Of a stretch of DNA of 64,000 bases, positions 53,665 to 62,960 are shown in pieces. The position numbers and the translations under genes were made by a program. Position 1 is the stretch's first letter, and every line of letters begins with the position of its first letter. The notes below the pieces were generated by a model. That model was not told where the DNA came from. It saw only the letters and a list, made by a program, of their open reading frames with translations, and searched no databases. The DNA lies in the NCBI GenBank assembly GCA_028286565.1, contig JAQBRH010000002.1, forward strand, positions 81,876-145,875, in the 5' to 3' direction. The stretch comes from Parcubacteria group bacterium (GTDB lineage: Bacteria > Patescibacteriota > Minisyncoccia > Phycocordibacterales > Zambryskibacteraceae).

Positions 53665-53699
53665 TAGAAAAAATCCGCCATGCTTTGGCGGATTTTCTT
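53665..53699. terminator. Bidirectional intrinsic terminator (ATCCGCC-atgctttg-GGCGGAT) with A7 and T4 flanks
   Basis: Hairpin directly downstream of the minus-strand gene 53767..54804. Confidence 0.7.
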
Positions 53700-53766
53700 A
53701 GGCGTTCTCTGTTCCAGACACCGCCGTCGCTCGGAAACAGTGTGGATAAATCCCCACTTTTCCTCG

Positions 53767-54804
53767 CTAGGCGTTGTGGTATTTGCCTTCTTTGTCTTTC
53801 TTGAAATGCTTGGAGTTTTGGAGGTTGACCATGATGGTGTTTTCCTTGACGTATCGCTCCTTCAACACCTTTTCGATGATCTTGTCCTTGTGGAGAGGCC
53901 CTTCCTTGTCGATGATCTTCTTGATGACATCCTTGACTACGCCGGACATATATCCCCATTCGGCGAGCGCATAGAGTCCGCGGCCGACAAGGACGAATCG
54001 CGGATCCTTGATAAGTTCGTTGTGCGTAGTGGCGACGTGGGCTTTCTTGTCGAAATACTGGCCAATAGCCTTGGCTACTTCTTTAAAGTGGATCGGAGAA
54101 CCGTGCTTACGGATAACGAGGAAGGCGTAGTCTCGCATGCCTTTGGCGTTCACGTTCGGGCTTGAGGCCTTGCCCCATTCGCCGAGGGGGTTCTTGTCTA
54201 TCTTGTGAGAGATGGCGAGCCAGCGCTTGATAACCTCTTCGTTCTTGTACTTTTCATTGATATCCTTCACTTCATCGAGGAAGTTGTCTATAAGGTCGCC
54301 TTCGAGGACAAGCTCATCATCAGAAAGTTTGGAGTAGAGGCGCTTGATGGCGTTCTGGATCTTCTTCGCGAGCTCAGGATCAACATGCCATCGGTGCTTG
54401 AACTCCTCATCCTCTTTTTCTCGCTTGAACTCATCTCCGACTACTAAAATAAAATTCAAATGGTTCTGTGCGGCCGGATCCTTGGAGAGATGCTTCAAAA
54501 GATCCTTTTCGGCGACGATCCCTCCGAGAGAAAGGATGACTTCTTTTAATTCGGTAAAGATCGGCTGAGCGTCTTTGTACTCCTTGGACTTGCGAATAGT
54601 GATGAGCGAGTGGTTCTCGATCTGGCGAACGCGCTCGCGGGTGATCCCGTATTTTTTGCCGATGGCATCAAGGGTCATCTTGACCGATTTAGGGCCGAGA
54701 CCATAGCGGGATTCGATGACATCTTTGCCTCGTTTTGTGAGGACAGAAAGGAGGCCCTTGGTGACCTGTTTTGGCTTAAAGCTGAGATTGATCTTGTCGC
54801 TCAT
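53767..54804 (-). CDS. Sigma-70 region-4-like HTH protein with a C-terminal HARE-HTH domain
   Basis: ESRYGLGPKSVKMTLDAIGKKYGITRERVRQIE (sigma70_r4-like). C-terminal …PIHFKEVAKAIGQYF…RFVLVGRGLYALAEWG (HARE-HTH pattern). Confidence 0.6.
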   Translation of the reverse strand: MSDKINLSFKPKQVTKGLLSVLTKRGKDVIESRYGLGPKSVKMTLDAIGKKYGITRERVRQIENHSLITIRKSKEYKDAQPIFTELKEVILSLGGIVAEKDLLKHLSKDPAAQNHLNFILVVGDEFKREKEDEEFKHRWHVDPELAKKIQNAIKRLYSKLSDDELVLEGDLIDNFLDEVKDINEKYKNEEVIKRWLAISHKIDKNPLGEWGKASSPNVNAKGMRDYAFLVIRKHGSPIHFKEVAKAIGQYFDKKAHVATTHNELIKDPRFVLVGRGLYALAEWGYMSGVVKDVIKKIIDKEGPLHKDKIIEKVLKERYVKENTIMVNLQNSKHFKKDKEGKYHNA

Positions 54805-54877
54805 GTGTTTTACTATCTCTTATTTGTATCACTTGACCAGAGTGGTGTCAATAGATGCGAGGTTTCTATGTATTTGA

Positions 54878-57310
54878 TTATACCACGAGGTTGACAATCT
54901 TGCCAACTACAACAATTACTTTTTTGGGAATGGCCCCGTTGAGCCATTTTTTCGTCTCCGGAAGGGCCAGGGCGATCTCCCTGATCTCCTCTTCAAGAGC
55001 GCCGAAGGACACTTCAAAGGTCGATCTGGTCTTGCCGTTTATCTGGAGAGCAAGGGTTGTTAGCTCGGTGTGGAGTTTGTCTTCATCGAACTCCGGCCAC
55101 GATGCGAGAGAGATCGGATCAGTGTTCCCCGCCTTCGCCCAAAGCTCTTCGGAAACGTGCGGAACAAAAGGCGCAAGGAGCTTTAAAAGAGTTTCAAATT
55201 CTGTTTTGAATACGAATTCTTTTTTCTCGAGCGAGTTCGCATACATCATCAGCGCAGAGACCGCGGTGTTGAATCCGAGCGTCTCGATATCCGTCGAGAC
55301 CTTTTTGATCGTCCGATTTCGTTCGATCTCTCGATCGGCCTCGCTTGCGGTCATCTCCCTATCTCCGACCTTATCAGAAAGCTTCCATACCCGCTCGATA
55401 AATCTGCGCGGACCGATGAGAGCGCCTTCGCTCCATGAGATCGCCTGCTCGAACGGGCCCATGAACATCTCATACAAGCGAAGCGTGTCCGCGCCGTAGC
55501 GTTCGACGATCGAATTCGGGTTCACCACATTCCCGCGGGACTTCGACATCTTCTCTCCGTTCTCAGCGAGGATGAATCCGTGCGAGGTACGCCGGGCATA
55601 TGGTTCGCTCGTGGGCACAAGGCCGATATCAAAAAAGAATTTGTGCCAGAAGCGCGAATACAAGAGGTGGAGGGTTGTGTGCTCCATCCCCCCGTTGTAC
55701 CAATCCACAGGCGTCCAGTGGTCGAGGGCGGCGCGAGAGGCAAACTCTGCATCATTGTGCGGATCCGTGTAGCGCAAGAAATACCATGATGATCCGGCCC
55801 AGTTCGGCATGGTATCCGTCTCTCTTTTCCCCGGTCCTCCGCACTTTGGGCAGGTGGTGTTCACCCATTCGGAAATATTGGCCAAAGGCGATTCGCCCGT
55901 ATCCGTCGGCTCGTATTTCTCCACTTCAGGCAACAGGACAGGAAGATCACTCTCGGGCACAGCGACCATTCCGCATTTCTCACAATGGATGACCGGGATC
56001 GGCTCTCCCCAGTATCGCTGTCTGCTGAATACCCAATCACGCAATTTGAATTTGATTTCTGGTCGAGCAAGATTATGGGCTACACAGTAGTCAATAATTT
56101 CTTGCCTGGCATCTCCTGCTTTCCTTCCTTCAAATTCCTTTGGGAAAGATAAAATTCCCTTTTTCATGTCGGTGTAGCAAACTTCTAGATTCTTTACTCG
56201 TTCTTTCAATCCAGGATCCTCTGGGAACATAACGGGCTTCAGATAAAGGTCGTACTTTTTTGCAAAAGCAAAATCTCTCTCATCATGCGCAGAACATTTG
56301 ACTATACCTGTCCCATAATCTGCCAGAGCATAATTAGCTATCCAAATAGGAAGTTCGCCGTTACCTACTGGGTCAACTGTATATCTGCCTGTAAAGATGC
56401 CTTCGACTTCTTTCACCTCATCATGGCCCTGGAGCATTCGTGCTTGGAGCATCTTGCTTGCGGCTTCAAGAATATCTTCTTTGTTTTGTATTCCTTCTAA
56501 CAGTTTTGATAAAAGGGGGTGATCAGGTGCGATAACAACAAATGTGTCCGCGCAAAATGCTTCAAAATGAGCCGAGAAAGTTTCTATAGAAAGGTTCGTA
56601 TCCTTTACTGGTGAGGTGAACACAAGGCCCGTGCTCCGACCGATCCAATTTCTCTGCTGGGTCTTCACTCGCTCAGAGAAATCAACGAGGTCGAGGTCTT
56701 TGTCCAGGCGGTCGGCGTATTTGGTGATGGCGAGCATCCATTGCTCCTTCTCGCGCTTCTCGACCACCGTCCCGCAGCGTTCGCACTTGCCATCGATCAC
56801 TTCTTCGTTCGCGAGACCTATCTTGTCCTTGGGGCACCAGTTGATCGTCATCTTGGCCTTGTAGGCGAGATCGTGCTCGAGGAACTTTAGGAAGAGCCAC
56901 TGCGTCCATTTATAATAGGCTGGATCGCTCGTGTTCACCTCTCTCGACCAATCGAACGAAAGACCGAGAGATTCGATCTGCTTTTTGAACTTCTGGATGT
57001 TTTCCTTGGTGATGATCGAGGGATGAATGCCTGTTTTGATCGCATAGTTCTCTGCCGGAAGGCCAAAAGCGTCGAAGCCCATCGGATAGAGGACGTTGTA
57101 GCCTTCCATGCGGCGCTTTCGCGAGACCACATCCATGCCTATATACGGACGAGGGTGGCCGACATGCAGGCCTTCTCCGGATGGGTACGGAAATTCGACC
57201 AAAGAATAATACTTTGGTTTATGAACATCATCCGTGGCCTCGTGGATCTTGTTCTTGACCCAATACTCCTGCCACTTAGCTTCGATCTCTTTAGGGTCGT
57301 ATTCTCGCAT
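54878..57310 (-). CDS. leuS: Leucyl-tRNA synthetase
   Basis: PYPSGEGLHVGHPRPY (HIGH), KMSKSRGN, CP1 editing insertion; 810 aa. Confidence 0.95.
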   Translation of the reverse strand: MREYDPKEIEAKWQEYWVKNKIHEATDDVHKPKYYSLVEFPYPSGEGLHVGHPRPYIGMDVVSRKRRMEGYNVLYPMGFDAFGLPAENYAIKTGIHPSIITKENIQKFKKQIESLGLSFDWSREVNTSDPAYYKWTQWLFLKFLEHDLAYKAKMTINWCPKDKIGLANEEVIDGKCERCGTVVEKREKEQWMLAITKYADRLDKDLDLVDFSERVKTQQRNWIGRSTGLVFTSPVKDTNLSIETFSAHFEAFCADTFVVIAPDHPLLSKLLEGIQNKEDILEAASKMLQARMLQGHDEVKEVEGIFTGRYTVDPVGNGELPIWIANYALADYGTGIVKCSAHDERDFAFAKKYDLYLKPVMFPEDPGLKERVKNLEVCYTDMKKGILSFPKEFEGRKAGDARQEIIDYCVAHNLARPEIKFKLRDWVFSRQRYWGEPIPVIHCEKCGMVAVPESDLPVLLPEVEKYEPTDTGESPLANISEWVNTTCPKCGGPGKRETDTMPNWAGSSWYFLRYTDPHNDAEFASRAALDHWTPVDWYNGGMEHTTLHLLYSRFWHKFFFDIGLVPTSEPYARRTSHGFILAENGEKMSKSRGNVVNPNSIVERYGADTLRLYEMFMGPFEQAISWSEGALIGPRRFIERVWKLSDKVGDREMTASEADREIERNRTIKKVSTDIETLGFNTAVSALMMYANSLEKKEFVFKTEFETLLKLLAPFVPHVSEELWAKAGNTDPISLASWPEFDEDKLHTELTTLALQINGKTRSTFEVSFGALEEEIREIALALPETKKWLNGAIPKKVIVVVGKIVNLVV

Positions 57311-57313
57311 CGG

Positions 57314-57871
57314 TTAGTTAGTCGGTTGTAGATTTCTGAACTTCTTGTAGGCCACCCAGAAAAGGACGAGGAGGGCTATGCCGAGGATGAGGACGCGGAT
57401 CGCGTCGTTCGCATTGCCCCAATACCTCATCGAAGCGATGATGAACGAAAGTACCCCGGCGAGAGAAAGGCCTTGGGAGATCACATCATTGCCTTTCAAG
57501 AAATTCCCGAGGAGAACAAGGAGGGCCCCGATGGAGACAAGAGCGACGAAGATGTTTCGATCATAGGATTTTTGAGCCGTATCGTAGTCTTGTCTGCATG
57601 TGAATTGGGGGTCGCAGTATCCGGCTGTTCGAACATCGATGGTGGTAGCCGGGATTGGAGCAACCTTATCCGTAGCATAGGCATTCCACTGTCCGCCGAC
57701 AGCGACGCATGCATCCTTGGTCAAGATCTCGTTCACCTGCTGGTTCGGGCAATACGCGAGGTAATCAGGAGATTTGTAGACGAGCGAGATCGCATAATTC
57801 AAAAAAAGGTTGGTAACGATCACGATGCCGATAATGACAGACCATTTCAAAACGCGTGGTTGTGTGTTCAT
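57314..57871 (-). CDS. Hypothetical membrane protein (3-4 TM helices)
   Basis: ORF with TTGTCA-16-TATAAT 7 nt upstream of the ATG. Confidence 0.5.
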   Translation of the reverse strand: MNTQPRVLKWSVIIGIVIVTNLFLNYAISLVYKSPDYLAYCPNQQVNEILTKDACVAVGGQWNAYATDKVAPIPATTIDVRTAGYCDPQFTCRQDYDTAQKSYDRNIFVALVSIGALLVLLGNFLKGNDVISQGLSLAGVLSFIIASMRYWGNANDAIRVLILGIALLVLFWVAYKKFRNLQPTN

Positions 57872-57899
57872 GATTTGAATTATACTCCAAAACCTCTAA

Positions 57900-57930
57900 T
57901 TGACAATTCCCTCTTTGAAGCGTAAAAAAT
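57900..57930 (+). promoter_or_regulatory. Sigma70-type promoter TTGACA-17-TAAAAA(T) for gene 57968..58348; its -35 overlaps the divergent minus-strand -35 (TTGTCA)
   Basis: Hexamers and spacing; palindromic TTGACAA core shared by both divergent promoters. Confidence 0.5.
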
Positions 57931-57967
57931 AACCAGTATCCTGATCTTTCCTCCTTCCCGCACTCCC

Positions 57968-58348
57968 ATGCACTCACGTATACAGTCTGAAATCCTGGAT
58001 GGTGTCACCGCTGAAGAGGTGAGGCGTATCGTCCAAGAGACCGACGAAATACTGCGCCCGTTCCTGAACGCTGTATCTGATATCCAGCCCTTCATTCTTC
58101 TCGACAGAGCACTACACGATTCAAAAGGTGATATCGCTGGAGAAGCGATTCACCGAGAGCGCATACGTGAAGCAATGCGCTCAATCATTGCGCAAATACG
58201 AACCCCCTCAGAAGTTTTGTCCACGCATGATTACTTTGTCGGGATTCAGGTGTTCGATCAAGTGATCCAGAAGGAGCTTGGAGAAAAGGCGAAGCTGATC
58301 TTTGGAAGATGGCATCCGTCAACTGGAGGTTCATCTTCCTGGAAGTAG
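57968..58348 (+). CDS. Hypothetical 126-aa protein
   Basis: Own promoter and an intrinsic terminator at 58355-58380; no SD; no recognisable motifs. Confidence 0.45.
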   Translation: MHSRIQSEILDGVTAEEVRRIVQETDEILRPFLNAVSDIQPFILLDRALHDSKGDIAGEAIHRERIREAMRSIIAQIRTPSEVLSTHDYFVGIQVFDQVIQKELGEKAKLIFGRWHPSTGGSSSWK

Positions 58349-58354
58349 CAATTC

Positions 58355-58380
58355 AACAGAAGTAATACTTCTGTTTTTTA
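58355..58380 (+). terminator. Intrinsic terminator (ACAGAAGT-aat-ACTTCTGT plus T6)
   Basis: Perfect stem followed by TTTTTT. Confidence 0.7.
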
Positions 58381-58470
58381 TATTTTAAACTCGATCACAT
58401 CTCCATCCTTGACCACGCAATAAGTATCAAGGGCTACCCTCGATACAAATTTGTTTTTTATTAAAAATCG

Positions 58471-58695
58471 TCACTCGTGTTTAATGCGAGTGACGGGTTC
58501 CAGTTTCATGATCTGGAAATCATCTTCGGTGTATCGATCTTCCCAGGTAGAAGCCATCTTCAACCGAGCGTTGGTTTCTGCCTCGTCATATGTCTCTGCT
58601 TCCACGTCGATCGGACCCCCACCGCCCAAGTGCACAATATTAGATCCATACTCCTGACCTTGAGCGCGGATACGATAATACCCTTTCCATTTCAT
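58471..58695 (-). CDS. Hypothetical 74-aa acidic protein
   Basis: AGGAGG SD 3 nt upstream. Its stop codon sits inside a 9-bp perfect hairpin (CGTCACTCG…CGAGTGACG) followed by a U-run. Confidence 0.45.
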   Translation of the reverse strand: MKWKGYYRIRAQGQEYGSNIVHLGGGGPIDVEAETYDEAETNARLKMASTWEDRYTEDDFQIMKLEPVTRIKHE

Positions 58696-58730
58696 GACTA
58701 CCTCCTATACTTAGAGAGCGCCTTCCACCT

Positions 58731-59732
58731 TTATACCTTAAATTCGATCACATCTCCATCCTTGACCACGTAGCCCCGGCCTTCGGTTCGTACCCAGCCT
58801 TTTTCGCGGGCCACAGCGTAGGAGCCGGCTTCAAGGAGCTTATCCTGTTCGATCACTTCTGCTCGGATGAACTTATCCTTAAAATCGTTGTGGATGGCTG
58901 TGCCGGCGATGGGAGCGGTCGAATCCTTTTTTGTAGTCCATGCCCTTGATTCGTCTTCTCCGGTTGTAAAGAAGGTGATGAGGTTCAAAAGCTTGTAGCT
59001 CTCGGTGATGAGAGAGTCGAGGCCCGTGCCGAACACCGGATCGATCTTCACGTGCGCTCCGGGAATGCGGGCGGCGACGTCGTCCGCGACGTTCTCCGCG
59101 GCTTCGGAGGTATTCAATATATAAAGGATCGGCTTCATGGTGAGGAGGTGCATCCCCTTTACGAATTTCTTTTCTTCTTCGGTCAGTTCAACTGTATTCG
59201 CGAGTTTGCCCTGCTTGAGCGCTTCGTCGACTTTCTTCAAGGCTTCTTCTTCGGCGACGGCCGCCTTGTCTCCCCTTTTTACATCCTTTTGAAGATTTGA
59301 AAGGCGCTTGGTGACGGTTTCCGAATCCGCGAGCACGAGTTCGAGGTTGATCACCTCGATGTCCGAGAGCGGATCGACCTTGCCGGCGACATGGATGACG
59401 TCGTCGTCCTTAAAAGTGCGCACCATCTCGGCGATCGCGTCCACTTCGCGGATATTTTGCAGGAATTTGTTCCCGAGCCCTTCGCCTTCAGCCGCGCCCT
59501 TTACGAGCCCAGCGATGTCCACGAATTCCACGACAGCAGGGACGGTCTTCGCCGAGTTCGACATCTTCGAAAGCCTTTCCAGGCGGTCATCAGGAACAGG
59601 TACGATGCCGACAGACGGATCGATGGTACAAAAAGGATAGTTCTCCGCCGGGACGGATTTCTTTGTGAGCGCGTTGAAAAGGGTGGATTTCCCCACATTC
59701 GGCAGCCCGACGATACCTATAGATAAAGACAT
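58731..59732 (-). CDS. ychF: Ribosome-binding ATPase YchF (Obg-family GTPase)
   Basis: GIVGLPNVGKSTLFNALT (G1), G-domain, coiled-coil, TGS domain ending …VVKDGDVIEFKV. Confidence 0.9.
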   Translation of the reverse strand: MSLSIGIVGLPNVGKSTLFNALTKKSVPAENYPFCTIDPSVGIVPVPDDRLERLSKMSNSAKTVPAVVEFVDIAGLVKGAAEGEGLGNKFLQNIREVDAIAEMVRTFKDDDVIHVAGKVDPLSDIEVINLELVLADSETVTKRLSNLQKDVKRGDKAAVAEEEALKKVDEALKQGKLANTVELTEEEKKFVKGMHLLTMKPILYILNTSEAAENVADDVAARIPGAHVKIDPVFGTGLDSLITESYKLLNLITFFTTGEDESRAWTTKKDSTAPIAGTAIHNDFKDKFIRAEVIEQDKLLEAGSYAVAREKGWVRTEGRGYVVKDGDVIEFKV

Positions 59733-59759
59733 CCAGCTAGCTTAGCTGTTTTAGTCTCT

Positions 59760-60398
59760 TCATTCAAGCAAAGATGAATTGAAAAATTCCAGATCCTTTT
59801 TGAAGAGAACTTCCGCCATATGAAAGATCCCGTAGGAGATAAAGAAGGCCGAAAGCACATCGATAGTGTAGTGGAGATGAGCCAAGAGAACCACGACGGC
59901 GAAGAAGATCGATGTGCACAAGAATATCATCCTCAGCCGGCGATCCTTCCAGAACACGAGCGCGAGGAGAAACGGCAGGCCGGTGTGGCCCGAGAAGAAG
60001 AGGTCGCCTCCGAAAACGAAATAGCGGATGAAGCTCGCGGGGTTGATGACCGCGGCGTGCGGGAACGGCCCCAGATGGGTCAAGGTGATGAAGAGCGCGC
60101 GCACGAGCACAAAGAGGGCGATGGTCTTCAGGGTGAAGGGAGTTTTCCTAAGGTTCTTCACGCATACATAGGCGATGAAAGCGACGAGGATCCACGAACC
60201 GTAGACGAATATCTCATCGAGGTCATAGACGGGCACGTTCGAAAGGATGATGTCGGTAACAGGATTCGATGCGCGTTCCGTCGCATAGACCCCGGCGTAG
60301 AAATTGACCACCAGGCTCGCGAGCAGGAGCAGTATCCCCATGACCAAAGAGCGCTTGAGCGAATGATTTTTAAAAAATTGGCTGTATTGTTCGATCAT
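59760..60398 (-). CDS. PAP2-superfamily membrane phosphatase
   Basis: FFSGHTGLPF (PSGH-like) and LLAHLHYTIDVLSAFF (SRxxxxxHxxxD-like); 5-6 TM helices. Confidence 0.6.
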   Translation of the reverse strand: MIEQYSQFFKNHSLKRSLVMGILLLLASLVVNFYAGVYATERASNPVTDIILSNVPVYDLDEIFVYGSWILVAFIAYVCVKNLRKTPFTLKTIALFVLVRALFITLTHLGPFPHAAVINPASFIRYFVFGGDLFFSGHTGLPFLLALVFWKDRRLRMIFLCTSIFFAVVVLLAHLHYTIDVLSAFFISYGIFHMAEVLFKKDLEFFNSSLLE

Positions 60399-61219
60399 GA
60401 TAGTTTGGCCTTGCCCTCCGGAAGCTCTTCCACAAAATCTTTTATGAAAGCGGCCACCTCGAGGAAATTATTCTTCACGATGATGTGATCCGCTCCTTCA
60501 ATAATTTTTATCTGTGAATGAGGGATAGCCCGGTTCATCAGTATGGAATTTTTGAGAGGAAAATATCCGTCCTTTCTCCCGTGGATCAAGAGGATGGGTA
60601 TCTTTATTTCCTTGAGAAAAGAAGTGTAGTCTCCTCCGAGCGATTGTTCCAGACTATATAAGTATACCCTTAGGCCGGTATTTCGAATATCCTGTATCCC
60701 CGCCCGGATATCCCAATCGCCTTTTTGGGGATGAGCCTTGTAGTCGATATGCCCTCCTCGGCGATCGATGTGGGCAAGGAAGCCCGTCTTGCGGACGGCG
60801 CGGAGAAGAGGCCGCAAGAGAGCGGAAATCACTCCCCGATTTGGAGCCGGGTTCGGACTGAGAAATACCACTCCCGAGACTTCGGCTTGATGGGTCTCTA
60901 GATACTCGAGGACCACAAAGGTGGCGAACGAATGGCTTATGAGGATCGGATCGGCGATATGAAGATGCTTCACGAGCGCATCCAGGTCTTTTGCAAAATG
61001 CCGTATCTCGTATTCGGCATACGCTGCGGGTTTCCGAGACTTCCCGTGGCCGCGCAGATCAAAAGAAAAGACATTGTATGCCTTCCCGAGTTCTTCCTCA
61101 TATTCCGCCCAGGCCGAAGAGCTCCCCGACAGGCCGTGGACGAAGAGGAGGGTCTTCCTTCCCGGCCGAAAGTCATTCATCCGATAATATATGTCCCCGA
61201 ATAAAAGATCTTCGCTCAT
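60395..61219 (-). CDS. Alpha/beta-hydrolase fold protein
   Basis: LLFVHGLSGSS…, nucleophile elbow ISHSFA (GxSxG variant), C-terminal His region. Confidence 0.75.
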   Translation of the reverse strand: MSEDLLFGDIYYRMNDFRPGRKTLLFVHGLSGSSSAWAEYEEELGKAYNVFSFDLRGHGKSRKPAAYAEYEIRHFAKDLDALVKHLHIADPILISHSFATFVVLEYLETHQAEVSGVVFLSPNPAPNRGVISALLRPLLRAVRKTGFLAHIDRRGGHIDYKAHPQKGDWDIRAGIQDIRNTGLRVYLYSLEQSLGGDYTSFLKEIKIPILLIHGRKDGYFPLKNSILMNRAIPHSQIKIIEGADHIIVKNNFLEVAAFIKDFVEELPEGKAKLS

Positions 61220-62385
61220 GAATTAAGGACTGAGAAATAGACCCGCTCGAGCTTATCGACGCTCTCTTCGATATCATACTTTTTGGCTACTTCGAGACTT
61301 GCGCCCGCCATGCTGTTGCGGAGATCGCGGTCGGCGATAAGCTTGATCGCCTGCAGGGCCAGGTCTTCCGGATCCTCGGCTTTAAAATGAAAGCCGTTCC
61401 CTTCCACAAAAAACCTTGAAGCACTCATGGGAGCATCGGCGACGATGATCGGCTTGCCGCACGCCATGGCTTCGAGCACGGCCATCCCTTCGAGTTCGGC
61501 CAAGGAAGGAAAAACGAATATGTCGCTTGCATTATACGCGTGCAGCCTATCCTCATCGCTCACAAGCCCGAGGAAATCGACCGACGCCCCAACACCCAGA
61601 CGCCGAGCCAGAAGTTCGAGGCCGGGCCTTGAAGGGCCGGTGCCGGCGATCATGAGGCCGGTATCGGGATGTTCGGCCAGGATACGAGGCATGGCCTTCA
61701 GGAGGGTATCGAGCGATTTTTCAGGAGATAGGCGGCCCACAAAGAGAAGTTTCAAGCCTTCTTTGGACAAGCCGAATCGCTCATGGAAGTCGCCGACCTC
61801 CGCGGACCGAAATTCATCCAGGCTGATCCCGTTGCTCACTACCGCAGACGGAGTGCTTTTTTTGCTTAGTGTCTCAAGCAGGCTTCTAGCCATCTCGGTC
61901 GGATAGAGAATATAAGAGGTCTTCCCATAGAACCATGCGAGATACGCGTTCCAGCCCCTGCCGAGGAACCCCTGCAGGATCTTCGGCAAATGCATAAATA
62001 AGTTTTCAGGCTGGGAATGCGAATGGGCGATCACTTTGATACCCATAACTCCCGCGGCTTTTACCGCGGCGATCGCTCCGGACATCGGCAGAATGACATG
62101 CACTACATCGATCTTCTCGTCTTGAAAAACTTTCTTAAGCTCTCCGACGGCCGGAAAGGCCAGGCGCCAGCCTCCTGATCTAGGCACCGGCAGGCTTCGA
62201 AAGAGATGCGTTTTGATGCCTTGATAGTGAGAGCCAGTGTGCTCTTCGGATCGCGAACCGACGAACACGACCCGATGCCCCCGTTCGGACAAGAGCCGCC
62301 CAAAGCGCAGGGTCGAGACCACTACTCCCGATTTGTTGCTCCCTATCGGATCACACACGAGGGCGATGGAAAGTTTCCGACTCAT
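61216..62385 (-). CDS. Glycosyltransferase family 4 (GT-B, group 1)
   Basis: C-terminal ELEGMAVLEAMACGKPII matches the GT4 EX7E region. Confidence 0.8.
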   Translation of the reverse strand: MSRKLSIALVCDPIGSNKSGVVVSTLRFGRLLSERGHRVVFVGSRSEEHTGSHYQGIKTHLFRSLPVPRSGGWRLAFPAVGELKKVFQDEKIDVVHVILPMSGAIAAVKAAGVMGIKVIAHSHSQPENLFMHLPKILQGFLGRGWNAYLAWFYGKTSYILYPTEMARSLLETLSKKSTPSAVVSNGISLDEFRSAEVGDFHERFGLSKEGLKLLFVGRLSPEKSLDTLLKAMPRILAEHPDTGLMIAGTGPSRPGLELLARRLGVGASVDFLGLVSDEDRLHAYNASDIFVFPSLAELEGMAVLEAMACGKPIIVADAPMSASRFFVEGNGFHFKAEDPEDLALQAIKLIADRDLRNSMAGASLEVAKKYDIEESVDKLERVYFSVLNS

Positions 62386-62948
62386 TGGCTTTTTTTATAT
62401 ATGAACACGCCCGCGGCCACAAGAACGGCGGCCACGACCCCGAAGGCGGCAAGAACATTGAGATACGTGTGGACCGTGGCATATGCGCCTCCCAAGAAAT
62501 ACCCGATAAGCGTGAAGACCGCGCACTGAACGAGGCTTACCCAGAGGCAGGTGCGAAAATATTTCCAATACGGCATCTTGAGGATGCCGGCCGTGACAAG
62601 CCCCGCCACCCCGATCCCGTGGACGGTCTTCGAGAATACAAGAAATTTGCGGCGATGTTTTGAGTGATACACGTCGGCCTTGGCGAGCCTCTCCTCGGTC
62701 AGCCCGATCCAGTGTCCGTGCCTCCTCACGAGTGATGCATTCCACCTTCCCAAGGAATAGAACAGGAGATCCCCCGCCAAGTCCGCCGCGACCACCGTCA
62801 GATATACAAAAAAAACATTCAAGTATCCCTGAGAAGCAAGCAGGGCCGCGATGACCGTTACGATAGGGCCTTCGACAACGGCAAGAGGAAAAAGCAGAAA
62901 ATAGCCGTAGCTTGTGATGAGCGGAGAAAGGGCTGAAAGCGGGGGCAT
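62382..62948 (-). CDS. DedA / SNARE-associated (TVP38/TMEM64) family membrane protein
   Basis: GYFLLFPLAVVEGPIVTVIAALLA matches the DedA core motif. Confidence 0.7.
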   Translation of the reverse strand: MPPLSALSPLITSYGYFLLFPLAVVEGPIVTVIAALLASQGYLNVFFVYLTVVAADLAGDLLFYSLGRWNASLVRRHGHWIGLTEERLAKADVYHSKHRRKFLVFSKTVHGIGVAGLVTAGILKMPYWKYFRTCLWVSLVQCAVFTLIGYFLGGAYATVHTYLNVLAAFGVVAAVLVAAGVFIYKKSQ

Positions 62949-62960
62949 GATCCTCTCATC

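Noticed and set aside
53645-53959. N-terminal 105-codon extension of ORF 52403..53959 (MGIYVRRSQGCHQEDHRQGR…)
   Set aside because: Low-complexity Arg/Gln/His-rich translation running through the upstream gene's terminator hairpin. A TACAAT box and ATG at 53644 give a cleaner start with an immediate TM helix.
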